In this document: piece after piece, positions 31,001 to 39,924 of the stretch
Numbering within the stretch: position 1 is the first letter of the stretch
Layout: every line of letters begins with the position of its first letter
Translations under genes and position numbers: made by a program
The notes under the pieces: model-generated
Told to the model about the DNA's origin: nothing
Seen by the model: the letters and a program-made list of their open reading frames with translations, nothing else
Databases searched by the model: none
DNA from: Synechococcales cyanobacterium PMM_0083
GTDB taxonomy: Bacteria > Cyanobacteriota > Cyanobacteriia > Leptolyngbyales > Leptolyngbyaceae
Direction: 5' to 3'
Length of the DNA stretch: 49,248 nt
NCBI GenBank assembly: GCA_949127665.1
Contig: CASBQE010000050.1
Coordinates: forward strand, 1 to 49,248

Positions 31001-31859
31001 CGGTCGGTTTGAATATCGTGATGGGGAAGGCAGCAATGACACCATGGTGCTTTCGGCGGGGGCAGCCGGAAAGCTATCGCCCTCGTTTACGGTGCTAGGA
31101 CGCTACCAGCAGGGTAATTTTGCCAACCAATTGCTAACGGATTCTGGTTTGTCAGATACGGTCAACCTGAAGCTGGGCATGGCATACCGCAATCCTAGCG
31201 ATGATAAATTTAACGCGCTGCTGCGCTATGAGTATCGCCAAAACCCGTCTCTTACGCCCGATACGATTTTGTTTGGTGCGGGCACCGGATCTAATGTGCA
31301 TCTGGTGGCGCTGGAAACGATTTATGCACCCAATTGGCGTTGGGAGTTTTACGGCAAGTTTGCCCTGCGAAGTACGAAGTCTTTTCTGGCGAGAGATTTG
31401 CTGGGCACCAATTCCATCACTCTGGGGCAGCTCCGAGCAGCCTATCGTCTCGGCTACCGGGTCGATGTGGCGGGTGAAGTCCGCTGGATTAGCCAGTCAG
31501 TCATCGGTTTTGATGAAGTGGGACTGGCGGTGGAAGCAGGCTATTACCTCAACCCCAACCTGCGAGTGGCACTGGGCTACAACTTTGGACAAGCAAACGA
31601 TCGCGATCTCAGCCGCAATAAAGATGGCGTGTATGTCACCCTCAGCCTGAAGCTGGATCAACTGCTGAGTGGGTTTGGCATAACCCTGCCCGGTCGCAAA
31701 GTGGCACCGCCGCAACAGCAGGAATCTCTGGTGAAACCGATCGCCAATCAGCCGACTACGGCTCCCCCATCTTCCAGCTTGCCATCGACTAATTCTAGTC
31801 AACCCAATTCCGTTCAAGCTCCCGTGGCAGCCCAATCTGCTGAGGAGGTGGCGCAATGA
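28068..31859 (+). CDS. Large predicted outer-membrane beta-barrel protein with N-terminal Ig-like domains
   Basis: Signal peptide, Pro-rich linker, invasin/Big-like IPADGRS..VVTLTAGSG, then about 600 aa of alternating amphipathic strands ending GVYVTLSLKL; TAATG overlap with upstream gene. Confidence 0.75.
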   Translation: MRIYSIALLGLNLLTTLGSLGVVAVHAAEPASQSAPDAIAKMQPLESIQPEAAKLLPKAADPEPPTSAAPLESVEVKQSQTPAIAQPPSPIQILSPTNLVSGAKFTDLVVQYPTGSKVQITVNQQPLDPTTPSQTQENPTTNQVTQIWYRVPLISGENIVIAQTAGSAPVSITITVKETSAKIEFLPTQQSRIPADGRSVLPVEGRILDEAGQPITQNAVVTLTAGSGKFVGADYDKDRAGFQVLARDGVFRARLQSGLEAQTVRIRAAVDRHELVTRSEAKKPVVPFPDLNKPPYLLAPNPSDKTLEAYTQAEFITNLRPFILSGAVNLRLGQGGLDYFGSFEDYLRPSLLNDGYRVDFSTAAFAQGRIGEWLFTGAFNNQRALNKDCSGATRLFRDPQFCDQVYPVYGDSSTVDYLTPSIDSVYFKLERTSPTIGAGSDFAMWGDYTTSEFARGSQFYTATTRQLHGFKLNYNLGDLQLTGMYANNVSGFQRDAIAPNGTSGYYYLSRRLLTRGSENIFLETEEFNRPGTVVERKPLYRGTDYDIDYDRGAIIFRRVVNALEFDPFGRTLVRRIVATYQFEDLKDGGKLYAGRAQYNFSRELGKEIWAGVTYLQENQGDQRFQLYGGDALISLGKDAQLTGEVARSDFDSIFRGDIGGYAYRFELLGTLIPGVVGKTFYRSVESGFVNNASASFTPGQTRYGAEIAAKVTPTTQATVQFDREVNFGIAPAVRGITAITRAGFGDLFNPTTEPIPGSRVDNSQSTFRAGVLQKLGPIELGLDFVRRSRQDRVFPQLLEADTNQFISRLNYPILKTLTFRVQDERNLGSSPDPLYPNRTTIGLDWAADKDVTVRLAQQFIGSTAQLRDNSFTSLDILSDKRLSDDTTFTNRYSLINGINGWSSQAAMGMSHRILIAPGLRASLGLERISGDVVPYAAAGQQFLQPIAAGQSASSLGLSAYTSYSVGLDYTDNPNFKANGRFEYRDGEGSNDTMVLSAGAAGKLSPSFTVLGRYQQGNFANQLLTDSGLSDTVNLKLGMAYRNPSDDKFNALLRYEYRQNPSLTPDTILFGAGTGSNVHLVALETIYAPNWRWEFYGKFALRSTKSFLARDLLGTNSITLGQLRAAYRLGYRVDVAGEVRWISQSVIGFDEVGLAVEAGYYLNPNLRVALGYNFGQANDRDLSRNKDGVYVTLSLKLDQLLSGFGITLPGRKVAPPQQQESLVKPIANQPTTAPPSSSLPSTNSSQPNSVQAPVAAQSAEEVAQ

Positions 31860-34060
31860 CAACAAGAGGAGTGAATCATTTGCACAGCAGCACTCAGCCA
31901 GAAGCATCTCGCTTTGTGGCGTGGCGCAATTTTCTGAGAGATGGTGCAAACTGCCCTATCCGACCGGGTATTTATGTCGTGGCATCTTTTCTGGCGATCG
32001 CGGCAGCAACCCCAGCATTTGCACAATCGGATCGCTTGTTGCGGGTGATTGTAAATAGCGCCAAAGACGGAGTGCAACCCGATGCCGAACTGACGCTGCG
32101 GGAAGCGATTTTGCTAGTGAATGGCACCTTGCCTGCTGACAAGCTGACCGATGCTGAAAAAATGCAGGTTAGCCCCAGCACCGAGCGATCGCGGATTGAA
32201 TTCAATCTGACGGGTGACACGACCATTCGGCTGACTGAAGAATTGCCGCCGCTCGCTACGGGACTGACGATTGACGGTACGACTCAGCCCGGATACAAGG
32301 GCGATCGCTCGGTGATTACCGAACTGGCACTACCCGCACCGATTGTGGCGATCGCTCCAGTCGAAGGCGCATTCATCTTTCGCGGCTTGACCGTGGCAGC
32401 CGACGATGTCACCATTCGGGGCTTGAGCCTCTATGGGTTCACTTCTAATCACGAAGAACCCTCCCTCAACACGCCCAACACGCCCACAACGCCGCCAGCC
32501 GACATTTTTATTGCCCATCGCCTCCCCCCTCCAGATATTCGCAAACAGCGCATTCCCGCAAACTTCGCCCCCTTCTACCCCGATGATTTGCCGCCCAAAG
32601 GCACCATCATTGAAAATAATTGGCTAGGCATTCCGCCATCTGCCGATGGTTTAGGGCGCACTGCGGGTGTTCGCTCTGCCTTTGGGGTGTCGGTTTTCAA
32701 CGGCACAGGCACGATCATTCGGCGTAACTGGATTGCCGATCATGAAGGCAGCGCCGTGATTACCTCAGTGAGAGCAACGGATTTACGAGTCACTGAAAAC
32801 GCGATTTTGGCGAATGGTGTGGCAGGAATGCCCGATGCGATTCGTCTGGAAGGCAACGTGGATCAAGCTCAAATTACGGGTAACGTGATTTGTGGCAACG
32901 ATGGCAGCGGGGTCTATTTGTTTAAGCCCGACGGCGCGGTGCAAATTCGCGACAACCAAATCACCTACAACGGTCGCCGCCTGCGACGGGCTGCGGTGTA
33001 CCTGATGGGCAACAATCACCAGGTAATCAACAACCAAGTCGGCTACCAAACGGGTCCTGGAGTGGTTGTGGCGGCGGTGCCTCACAGCGAACGAGCAGTG
33101 ATCACTGGAAATCGCTTTGTGGGCTTAGAAGGGCTGAGCATTGACTTGATTACCCAGCAGAATACCAATGTGGTGGATTATCAGGTGGGAGATGGCTTGA
33201 ATCCACCGCGCAATAATTTCTTCCGCCGATTGGAAACGGGAAATGCCGCGATCGCCCCGCCCCAATTTGTCACCCGCAACTTTGTCGCCCTCGCCAGTGC
33301 CGATGGATCGATTCAGACCGCGCCCATCCAAATTTATGGTAGGGCTGATCCTGGGTCAGCCATCGAAATTTATCGGGTGACCAGCGCTAATGGCGAAAAT
33401 TCCTTAACCGAACCGATCGCCAAAGTCACAACCGACAGCAAAGGTGAATTTGTCACCGCCCTCAGTGGATTGAAACTGGGTGAACAGATTAGCGCGATCG
33501 CCACTGATCCACGCTATGGCACTTCCGAGCCTGCCGCGATCGCTCAGATTCGGGCAATTGCCGCTACCAGCGTGGACTTACCGATCGCCACCCCACCTTC
33601 CTCAGCGCCAAGCTGTGTCACCCTTTCGCCTCCGCCACCAGAACCGCCGCCTGTGGTGCCCACGCCGATTGTGCTGAAGGTGCCCCGAAACATTCACTTT
33701 GCCTTAGATAAAGACTTTATTAGTCCTACCACTGCTAAAGTTCTCGATCAAATTGTCAAAGTTCTGCAAGAAAACCCTATGGTTATGGTCACCATTGTGG
33801 GGCACACCGATCCCCGCTATACCTATGAGTACAACCTGGCATTGGGCGAACGGCGTGCTAGAAATACCCGCAACTACCTACTCAAAAAGGGGATTGCAGC
33901 AGAACGGATGACCATTCGCTCGGAGGGGAAACGCCAACCCGCAACCCCCGGCAGAAACAAGCTGGACTTTGCCCGCGATCGCCGCGCTGAATTCATTTAC
34001 AAAGACGCTCGCGACATCGAAATCATCATCCAGGAATACGACCTGCAAATCGAACGCTGA
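31856..34060 (+). CDS. OmpA-family protein with right-handed beta-helix and Ig-like domains
   Basis: VNSAKD..LTLREAI (CSLREA-like), I.GN.I..N repeats, Pro linker, C-terminal IHFALDK..IVGHTD..YNLALGERRA..RDRRAEF; ATGA overlap. Confidence 0.88.
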   Translation: MTTRGVNHLHSSTQPEASRFVAWRNFLRDGANCPIRPGIYVVASFLAIAAATPAFAQSDRLLRVIVNSAKDGVQPDAELTLREAILLVNGTLPADKLTDAEKMQVSPSTERSRIEFNLTGDTTIRLTEELPPLATGLTIDGTTQPGYKGDRSVITELALPAPIVAIAPVEGAFIFRGLTVAADDVTIRGLSLYGFTSNHEEPSLNTPNTPTTPPADIFIAHRLPPPDIRKQRIPANFAPFYPDDLPPKGTIIENNWLGIPPSADGLGRTAGVRSAFGVSVFNGTGTIIRRNWIADHEGSAVITSVRATDLRVTENAILANGVAGMPDAIRLEGNVDQAQITGNVICGNDGSGVYLFKPDGAVQIRDNQITYNGRRLRRAAVYLMGNNHQVINNQVGYQTGPGVVVAAVPHSERAVITGNRFVGLEGLSIDLITQQNTNVVDYQVGDGLNPPRNNFFRRLETGNAAIAPPQFVTRNFVALASADGSIQTAPIQIYGRADPGSAIEIYRVTSANGENSLTEPIAKVTTDSKGEFVTALSGLKLGEQISAIATDPRYGTSEPAAIAQIRAIAATSVDLPIATPPSSAPSCVTLSPPPPEPPPVVPTPIVLKVPRNIHFALDKDFISPTTAKVLDQIVKVLQENPMVMVTIVGHTDPRYTYEYNLALGERRARNTRNYLLKKGIAAERMTIRSEGKRQPATPGRNKLDFARDRRAEFIYKDARDIEIIIQEYDLQIER

Positions 34061-34146
34061 TCCTATCCTGCTTGCTGAGTTTGCAATATCTGAACTTGTC
34101 TGACGACCAACCGCCCCGACTAATCGCCCATCTGTGAGGAGAATTG

Positions 34147-35955
34147 ATGAAACGCCCCTTGAGGCTCCTGGCAAGCCTAGCCTCCATTAGCACCCTCCTG
34201 GGTTCCCAGACCCTCTTCCTACCCGAACCTGCCCGCAGCCAAGTCTTGGTCGGCAACCTTTGCCCTCCCGGCACTGCCCGCAGCAAAGGTAAAAATTTTG
34301 TTCGGAATGGCACATTCACTATCTCTCCAGGAATCTTAGGTCAAATCCCAGCAGCAAATCCGTCAGAGTTCACCAGTAATCTCCCCTATGTTGGTGATGG
34401 CGTTTATCCAAGCGATGGTCCCCCAGGACCTCCACTTCCACTACCTCCTTTTAGAGGGGGACTATCAATTCAAAATGGTTCCGTCAATTTTGCAGGTGGA
34501 GTGGTCAACGGTGTACCGTTTCCTGGGGATCCTGCGAACGATGTTCCCCCCTCTCAGACCTATCTTTATTCCAATCCGTTCGATAATTTCAATGGAACCC
34601 AAATAGCTTTCCCGCCACCGCCACCATCACCACCGCCACTACCATCGCCTGATCCGTTGCTTCTTACCCCCGTTGTCTGGCGACAAACCATCACTGGGTT
34701 GGCTCCTAACACGACCTACAACTTCTTTGCGTTCTTTTTTGATCTTCTAGTGCGCAATCAAGTTCCCGGTGCGAGTACTCCCCAAATTCTATTGCGAACC
34801 GCTCCGCCTGTCGCGGGTGCCTCCGGTATCCCTATTGCCGTGGCACCCACCCCTGCTGATCGTCAGATATGGATACCCATTCAATATGTTTTCACGACTG
34901 GACCGACGCAAACGTCAGGCATTCTAGAAATCGTAGATACGAGCCGAAACATCTTTGGAGATGATTTTGGGGTGACGGCGATCAGTTTGCGAGAGTGCAC
35001 TCCCAATATTGGGGTAGAAAAAAGTGCAGGCACCCCAATCGATAATGGCAATGGCACCTTCACCATTCCCTACACGGTTCGTGTCCGCAATCTGGCTCCA
35101 GTGCCCCTACCCGTTCAGCCTTCAACTACTTATGACCTCAAGAACCTGCAACTGACCGATCCGCTCACCGATCTGGCGGCAAAAGCGACCATCAACTCGA
35201 TTACCAATATTCAAAGCCCCACTTTGGCAGTCAACACGGGCTACAACGGTCCTGGCAACCCCAACCTTTTGTTTGGCACTGATATATTAACGCCGCAAAC
35301 ACCCGCAGTCGTCACGTTTAACGTCATCCTTACGCCTGGTAGTAGTTCCCAAGGGCTTGGACCGTTTAACAATACAGTGAGAGCGGCTGCCACCACTCAG
35401 GGAGGAACCACTGTTTCTGATAACGCCAACGCCGCCGTGCAATTAAGTGGAGCAGCCAATCTGCTGTTGGTTAAGCGGATCACTAATGTTCGTCGTAATG
35501 GTGCAACCTTGGGAGGGGTGAATTTTGGAGCATTTACAGATGACCCAGCTAGCACCGATGACAACAATCCTGGCTGGACGCAATTGCTCTCTACCGGATC
35601 TCCCGTGGGTATTATTGCCCTGGATGTAAATAATCCAGTGATTCCAGGGGATGAGGTGGAATATACGGTCTATTTTCTATCGAATGGATCGGTTCCCACC
35701 CTGGCAACCAATATCTGTGATTTAATTCCGGCGGGTACAACTCTGGTGTCCGGTACTTCCCAAGCTCAAAGTGGAACCACTCCTGCGACTTCCAGCGGCA
35801 CCGTATTTACGCCCCTTGCACCCCTCCCCGCGAATAATTCTTGCATAACCCAATCGAATCCGAATGGAGCGGTCATTTTCAATTTGGGAGATGTTGCCAA
35901 TACGCCTGCGGAGAATGTGGGCTTTACCCGTTTCCAAGTCAGGATAAATCAGTGA
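34147..35955 (+). CDS. Secreted CBM-like / DUF11 / terminal DUF11-like protein, paralog 1
   Basis: GAGGAG RBS, signal peptide, NFVRNGTF...GDDFG jelly-roll-like domain, two Ig-like domains. Confidence 0.82.
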   Translation: MKRPLRLLASLASISTLLGSQTLFLPEPARSQVLVGNLCPPGTARSKGKNFVRNGTFTISPGILGQIPAANPSEFTSNLPYVGDGVYPSDGPPGPPLPLPPFRGGLSIQNGSVNFAGGVVNGVPFPGDPANDVPPSQTYLYSNPFDNFNGTQIAFPPPPPSPPPLPSPDPLLLTPVVWRQTITGLAPNTTYNFFAFFFDLLVRNQVPGASTPQILLRTAPPVAGASGIPIAVAPTPADRQIWIPIQYVFTTGPTQTSGILEIVDTSRNIFGDDFGVTAISLRECTPNIGVEKSAGTPIDNGNGTFTIPYTVRVRNLAPVPLPVQPSTTYDLKNLQLTDPLTDLAAKATINSITNIQSPTLAVNTGYNGPGNPNLLFGTDILTPQTPAVVTFNVILTPGSSSQGLGPFNNTVRAAATTQGGTTVSDNANAAVQLSGAANLLLVKRITNVRRNGATLGGVNFGAFTDDPASTDDNNPGWTQLLSTGSPVGIIALDVNNPVIPGDEVEYTVYFLSNGSVPTLATNICDLIPAGTTLVSGTSQAQSGTTPATSSGTVFTPLAPLPANNSCITQSNPNGAVIFNLGDVANTPAENVGFTRFQVRINQ

Positions 35956-36053
35956 GTCACGGTATCAGTTCAGCCACCTCATCTGGACTCCTAACCGACA
36001 ACGAATCACCTCACCAAATCGCCCTAACTAATTGCTCTTAGGAGGATAAATTA

Positions 36054-37892
36054 ATGAAACGTCCCTTGAGGATACTGGCAAGCCTAACCTCCCTTAGCAC
36101 CCTCATGGGTTCCCAGACCCTCTTTTTCCCCGAACCTGTCTACAGTCAAGCCTTTGTCGGCGATCGCTGCCCCCCCGGCACCAGCATTCGTCGAGGTCAA
36201 AATTTGATTCGTAATGGCAACTTCGCTACCCCTCCAGGGGTTTTGGGTCCGCTAACCGGGGGGGTAGGGGGTGTTCCTCTGAATAACAACGCCCAATTTA
36301 GCAGTGATTTACCTTATGTTGGCGATGGCGTTTATCCAAGTGACGGCTCCGTCGCATTTCCTTTACCTTTGCCGCCTTTTACAGGAGGGATCTCGATTCA
36401 GACGGGTTCGATTGGATCTCCGCTTACGCCTGTTGAGGTGAAGGGTGAACCCTTTCCTGGCGACCCTATCAACGATGTTCCTCGTTCTCAGACCTATCTT
36501 TACTCCAACCCAAACTCAACCACGACCGGAGACCCGCCCTTCAGCAGTCCAGTGATTTGGAGACAGGAAGTATCGGGATTATCTCCGAACACTACCTATA
36601 ACTTCTTTGCCTATTTCTACGATCTTTTGACCTTTGCTGTGCCGAGTCCACCGGCAGTTGTAACCCCTCAGATTCGCCTACGGATCAACCCAAACCTGCC
36701 GAATGACCCTGGTCTATCTGCTGGTGTCGCCCCGACTGTGGCTGAACGCCAACAATGGAGACCCATTCAGTTCGCATTTACCACGGGATCAGCCCAAACG
36801 GTGGTGGTTTTAGAATTTCAAGATACTGCGAACAATATTAATGGGGATGACTTTGGGGTGACGGCGATCGGGTTGCGAGAGTGCGTTCCGAACATTGGGG
36901 TGGCAAAAAGTGTAGGCACCCCAATTGATAATGGCAATGGCACCTTCACCATTCCCTACACGGTTCGGGTTCGCAATCTGGCTCCGGTTCCCCTACCCGT
37001 TCAGCCTGTAACTACTTATGACCTCAGAAACCTGCAACTGACCGATCCGCTCACCGATCTGGCGGCAAAAGCGACCATTAACTCAATTACCAATATTCAA
37101 AGCCCGACCCTGGCAGTCAACATCGCTTATAGTGGTTCTGCTAGCCCGAATCTACTGTTGGGCACTGATACCTTAAGACCTCAAACAACAGGAGTGGTCA
37201 GTTTTAACGTCATTCTGACTCCAGGCACTGGTCCTGAAGGGTTTGGACCTTACACAAACATGGTGAAAGCAACAGCCCTCAGTCAAGGGGGGTCTCCCGT
37301 TCCCAAGGATTCCACCGATGGCGGTGATCCCGATCCCTCTGGGACAAATACGGAGACAGCCAGCACACCGACCGTGGTGCGAATTGGTGGAGTCGCTAAT
37401 ATTTTATTAGTGAAGCGGGTTACAAACGTGACTCGCAATGGTTCCAGCCTGGGTGGAGTGAATTTTGGCGGCTTTGTAGATGACCCAGCGACCCCAGAAG
37501 ACAACAATCCTGGCTGGACCCAGTTACAGCCGACGGCGGCTCCAGTGGGCATTATTGCTCTAGATATTAATAGTCCAGTGATTCCCGGCGACGAAGTGGA
37601 ATATACAGTCTATTTTCTTTCCAATGGGGCGGTTCCAGCCCCGGCAGTGAATGTGTGCGATCTGATTCCCCCTGGCACAACGCTAGTTTCAGGCAGTTCT
37701 CAAATTCGCTTAAATAATACTCCTCCAGTATCTGGTGGAACGGTGTTTACGCCTCTGGCACCTTTACCCCCAAACAATTCTTGCTCGAATCAATCCAATC
37801 CTAATGGAGCAGTTATTTTTAACTTGAGCGACTTGCCGAATACGCCAGCGGGTAATGTCGGCTTTACCCGCTTCCGAGTCAGGATTAATTAG
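36054..37892 (+). CDS. Secreted CBM-like / DUF11 / terminal DUF11-like protein, paralog 2
   Basis: AGGAGG RBS; colinear and strongly similar to paralog 1. Confidence 0.82.
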   Translation: MKRPLRILASLTSLSTLMGSQTLFFPEPVYSQAFVGDRCPPGTSIRRGQNLIRNGNFATPPGVLGPLTGGVGGVPLNNNAQFSSDLPYVGDGVYPSDGSVAFPLPLPPFTGGISIQTGSIGSPLTPVEVKGEPFPGDPINDVPRSQTYLYSNPNSTTTGDPPFSSPVIWRQEVSGLSPNTTYNFFAYFYDLLTFAVPSPPAVVTPQIRLRINPNLPNDPGLSAGVAPTVAERQQWRPIQFAFTTGSAQTVVVLEFQDTANNINGDDFGVTAIGLRECVPNIGVAKSVGTPIDNGNGTFTIPYTVRVRNLAPVPLPVQPVTTYDLRNLQLTDPLTDLAAKATINSITNIQSPTLAVNIAYSGSASPNLLLGTDTLRPQTTGVVSFNVILTPGTGPEGFGPYTNMVKATALSQGGSPVPKDSTDGGDPDPSGTNTETASTPTVVRIGGVANILLVKRVTNVTRNGSSLGGVNFGGFVDDPATPEDNNPGWTQLQPTAAPVGIIALDINSPVIPGDEVEYTVYFLSNGAVPAPAVNVCDLIPPGTTLVSGSSQIRLNNTPPVSGGTVFTPLAPLPPNNSCSNQSNPNGAVIFNLSDLPNTPAGNVGFTRFRVRIN

Positions 37893-37901
37893 CGTCACAA
37901 G

Positions 37902-37950
37902 GTCTTGAAACTTGGGATCTAAAGTCTGACCTCTAAAATCTATCATCTGA
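37902..37950. repeat. Degenerate heptamer tandem repeat (STRR-like)
   Basis: gtcttga aacttgg gatctaa agtctga cctctaa aatctat catctga, period 7. Confidence 0.5.
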
Positions 37951-38103
37951 TACACTATTAGACTCTAAATTTAATTTCTTGCTCTAGCGATCGCGTGAAG
38001 TCGGCGTTAGAGCTTCTACTTTTGGAGGTGCATCATCCGCACCTTTAGCCTGACAGGGCGCATCTACACCTAAGTCGCTCATGTTTTGCTGAAGGGTGAA
38101 AAA

Positions 38104-39900
38104 ATGTTTTTCGTTATTCCCGCGATCGCAGCTAGGGCGATCGTGCTGTCTACCGTAGCCAGTGGCTTTCTAGTGCCACTGGTTTTTCTGTTGTCTGCTC
38201 AACCGATTCGCGCCCAAGTGTTTGAGGGAACGAGGGGATGTCCGATTGGCACTCAAGAAGGAGGGCGAAATTTTGTGCGGAATGCTACCTTCAGCCGGAA
38301 TGCTGGTACGGGCGACGGAGTTGCTACCCCCCCTGCTGGTGTACCGGGCACCCTTGAGTTTTCCAGCGACTTGCCCTATCGCGGAGACAGTGTTTATCCT
38401 GACGATCCAATTGGTGGACTTTCTATTCAAGGGGGACCTTATCCCATCGTCTATGCGGGTGGTGTGGTTAGGGCAGATCCATTTCCGGGTGATCCGATCA
38501 ATCGCGTGCCGTCCTCTAATACGTTTCTTTACTCCAATCCGTCTCAAGATCTAGCAGGCGGATCTGCCTTTCCTAGTCCGCTGATTTGGCAGCAAGTAGT
38601 CAACGGATTGGTGCCAAATGTTGCCTACAACTTCAGCGCCTACTTCTATAATTTGCTCAGCGTGGGCACAGCGGGCAGTCCACCGGTGATTCGATATTTG
38701 GCAGGTCCACCGGGGGGATCTGATGCCGCGTTTGTGCCGAACTTGGCGGGCATCACGGTTGACATTCCTCAACAATGGACGCGAGTGCAAGGGCTATTTA
38801 GAACCACACCGGGTCAAGCGGCTTTAGAACTGCGAATTGAGGACGAAGCCAACACCATCATTGGAGACGATTTTGGCTTTACCGCAGCCGCGCTACGGGA
38901 ATGTATTCCTAATTTAGGGGTGGCAAAACAGGCTGGAACCCCGCAAGAAAACCCAGACGGTACTTTCACGATTCCTTACACGCTCGTGGTACAAAATTTT
39001 GCGCCAGCAACCGCATCGAACCAATATGCCATTCGTAATCTCCAGCTTCAAGATAATTTGGCGATCGCATTTGCGGGAGCAACGGTGACTGCGATCAGAA
39101 ATTTGCAAAGCCCAACACTCACAGTTAATCCAGGGTTTAATGGCACAACCGATCTAAATCTGTTGGTAGGCACAGATACTTTGGCGGGAGAACCCAGCGC
39201 CACGGTCAGCTTTGAGGTGATTATCACACCGGGCAGCGGAGCGGATAATTTAGGACCGTTTCAAAATACCGCGATCGCCACGGGGCTAAGTCCCGGTGGG
39301 GAACCGATTAGCGATCGCTCCACTGATGGCAGCAACCCTGATCCAAACGGCGATCGCAACCCCAGCGATCGTGGAGAAGACATTCCTACCTCAGTATCTC
39401 TACTCCCTGCCCGGTTGCGTTTGGCAAAACGGATCACGAACGTGTCGCGGAGTGGTGTATCCCGCAGTGATGTAAATTTTGGGGCACTCGTCGTCACCAA
39501 CCCAGACGACGCAGCATCGGGCTGGAGTCAATTAGTTCCCCAGGGCGCACCCGTTGGGGTAGTGAGCGTGAATAACAGCACCCCGCTTCAACCGGGCGAC
39601 GAAGTGGAATATACGATTTACTTTTTGTCGGATGGGCGCACGGGTGTTAATGCAGTCACTCTATGCGACCAAATTCCACTCGGTACTCGCTTCATCTTTG
39701 GCAGCAACCGGGTGCGTGTTGGCAGTCAACCCCTGGCAATCGCGGGAGAATTTTTTACTCCCCTCGCTCCTCTGCCTGCCAACAATCCCTGTAGTAACCA
39801 GACCAACCCCAACGGTTCCCTGATTTTTTCTCTAGGGGATTTGCCCAATCTCCCGGCTAATAACGTGGGATATGCTCAGTTTCGGGTCAGAATCGAGTAA
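38104..39900 (+). CDS. Secreted CBM-like / DUF11 / terminal DUF11-like protein, paralog 3
   Basis: Same architecture (CP.G, LYSNP, GDDFG..LREC.PN, PGDEVEYT.YFLS, NPNG..IF.LGD, FRVRIE); more diverged. Confidence 0.82.
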   Translation: MFFVIPAIAARAIVLSTVASGFLVPLVFLLSAQPIRAQVFEGTRGCPIGTQEGGRNFVRNATFSRNAGTGDGVATPPAGVPGTLEFSSDLPYRGDSVYPDDPIGGLSIQGGPYPIVYAGGVVRADPFPGDPINRVPSSNTFLYSNPSQDLAGGSAFPSPLIWQQVVNGLVPNVAYNFSAYFYNLLSVGTAGSPPVIRYLAGPPGGSDAAFVPNLAGITVDIPQQWTRVQGLFRTTPGQAALELRIEDEANTIIGDDFGFTAAALRECIPNLGVAKQAGTPQENPDGTFTIPYTLVVQNFAPATASNQYAIRNLQLQDNLAIAFAGATVTAIRNLQSPTLTVNPGFNGTTDLNLLVGTDTLAGEPSATVSFEVIITPGSGADNLGPFQNTAIATGLSPGGEPISDRSTDGSNPDPNGDRNPSDRGEDIPTSVSLLPARLRLAKRITNVSRSGVSRSDVNFGALVVTNPDDAASGWSQLVPQGAPVGVVSVNNSTPLQPGDEVEYTIYFLSDGRTGVNAVTLCDQIPLGTRFIFGSNRVRVGSQPLAIAGEFFTPLAPLPANNPCSNQTNPNGSLIFSLGDLPNLPANNVGYAQFRVRIE

Positions 39901-39924
39901 AAACAGTAGGGGCTACGAAGGGTG

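Noticed and set aside
28068-31859. TonB-dependent receptor or fimbrial usher call
   Set aside because: No recognisable plug/TonB-box or usher motifs, no terminal Phe, and no chaperone gene nearby.
34147-37892. Diversity-generating retroelement template/variable repeat pair
   Set aside because: Mismatches are mostly synonymous and not adenine-specific, and there is no reverse transcriptase in the window.
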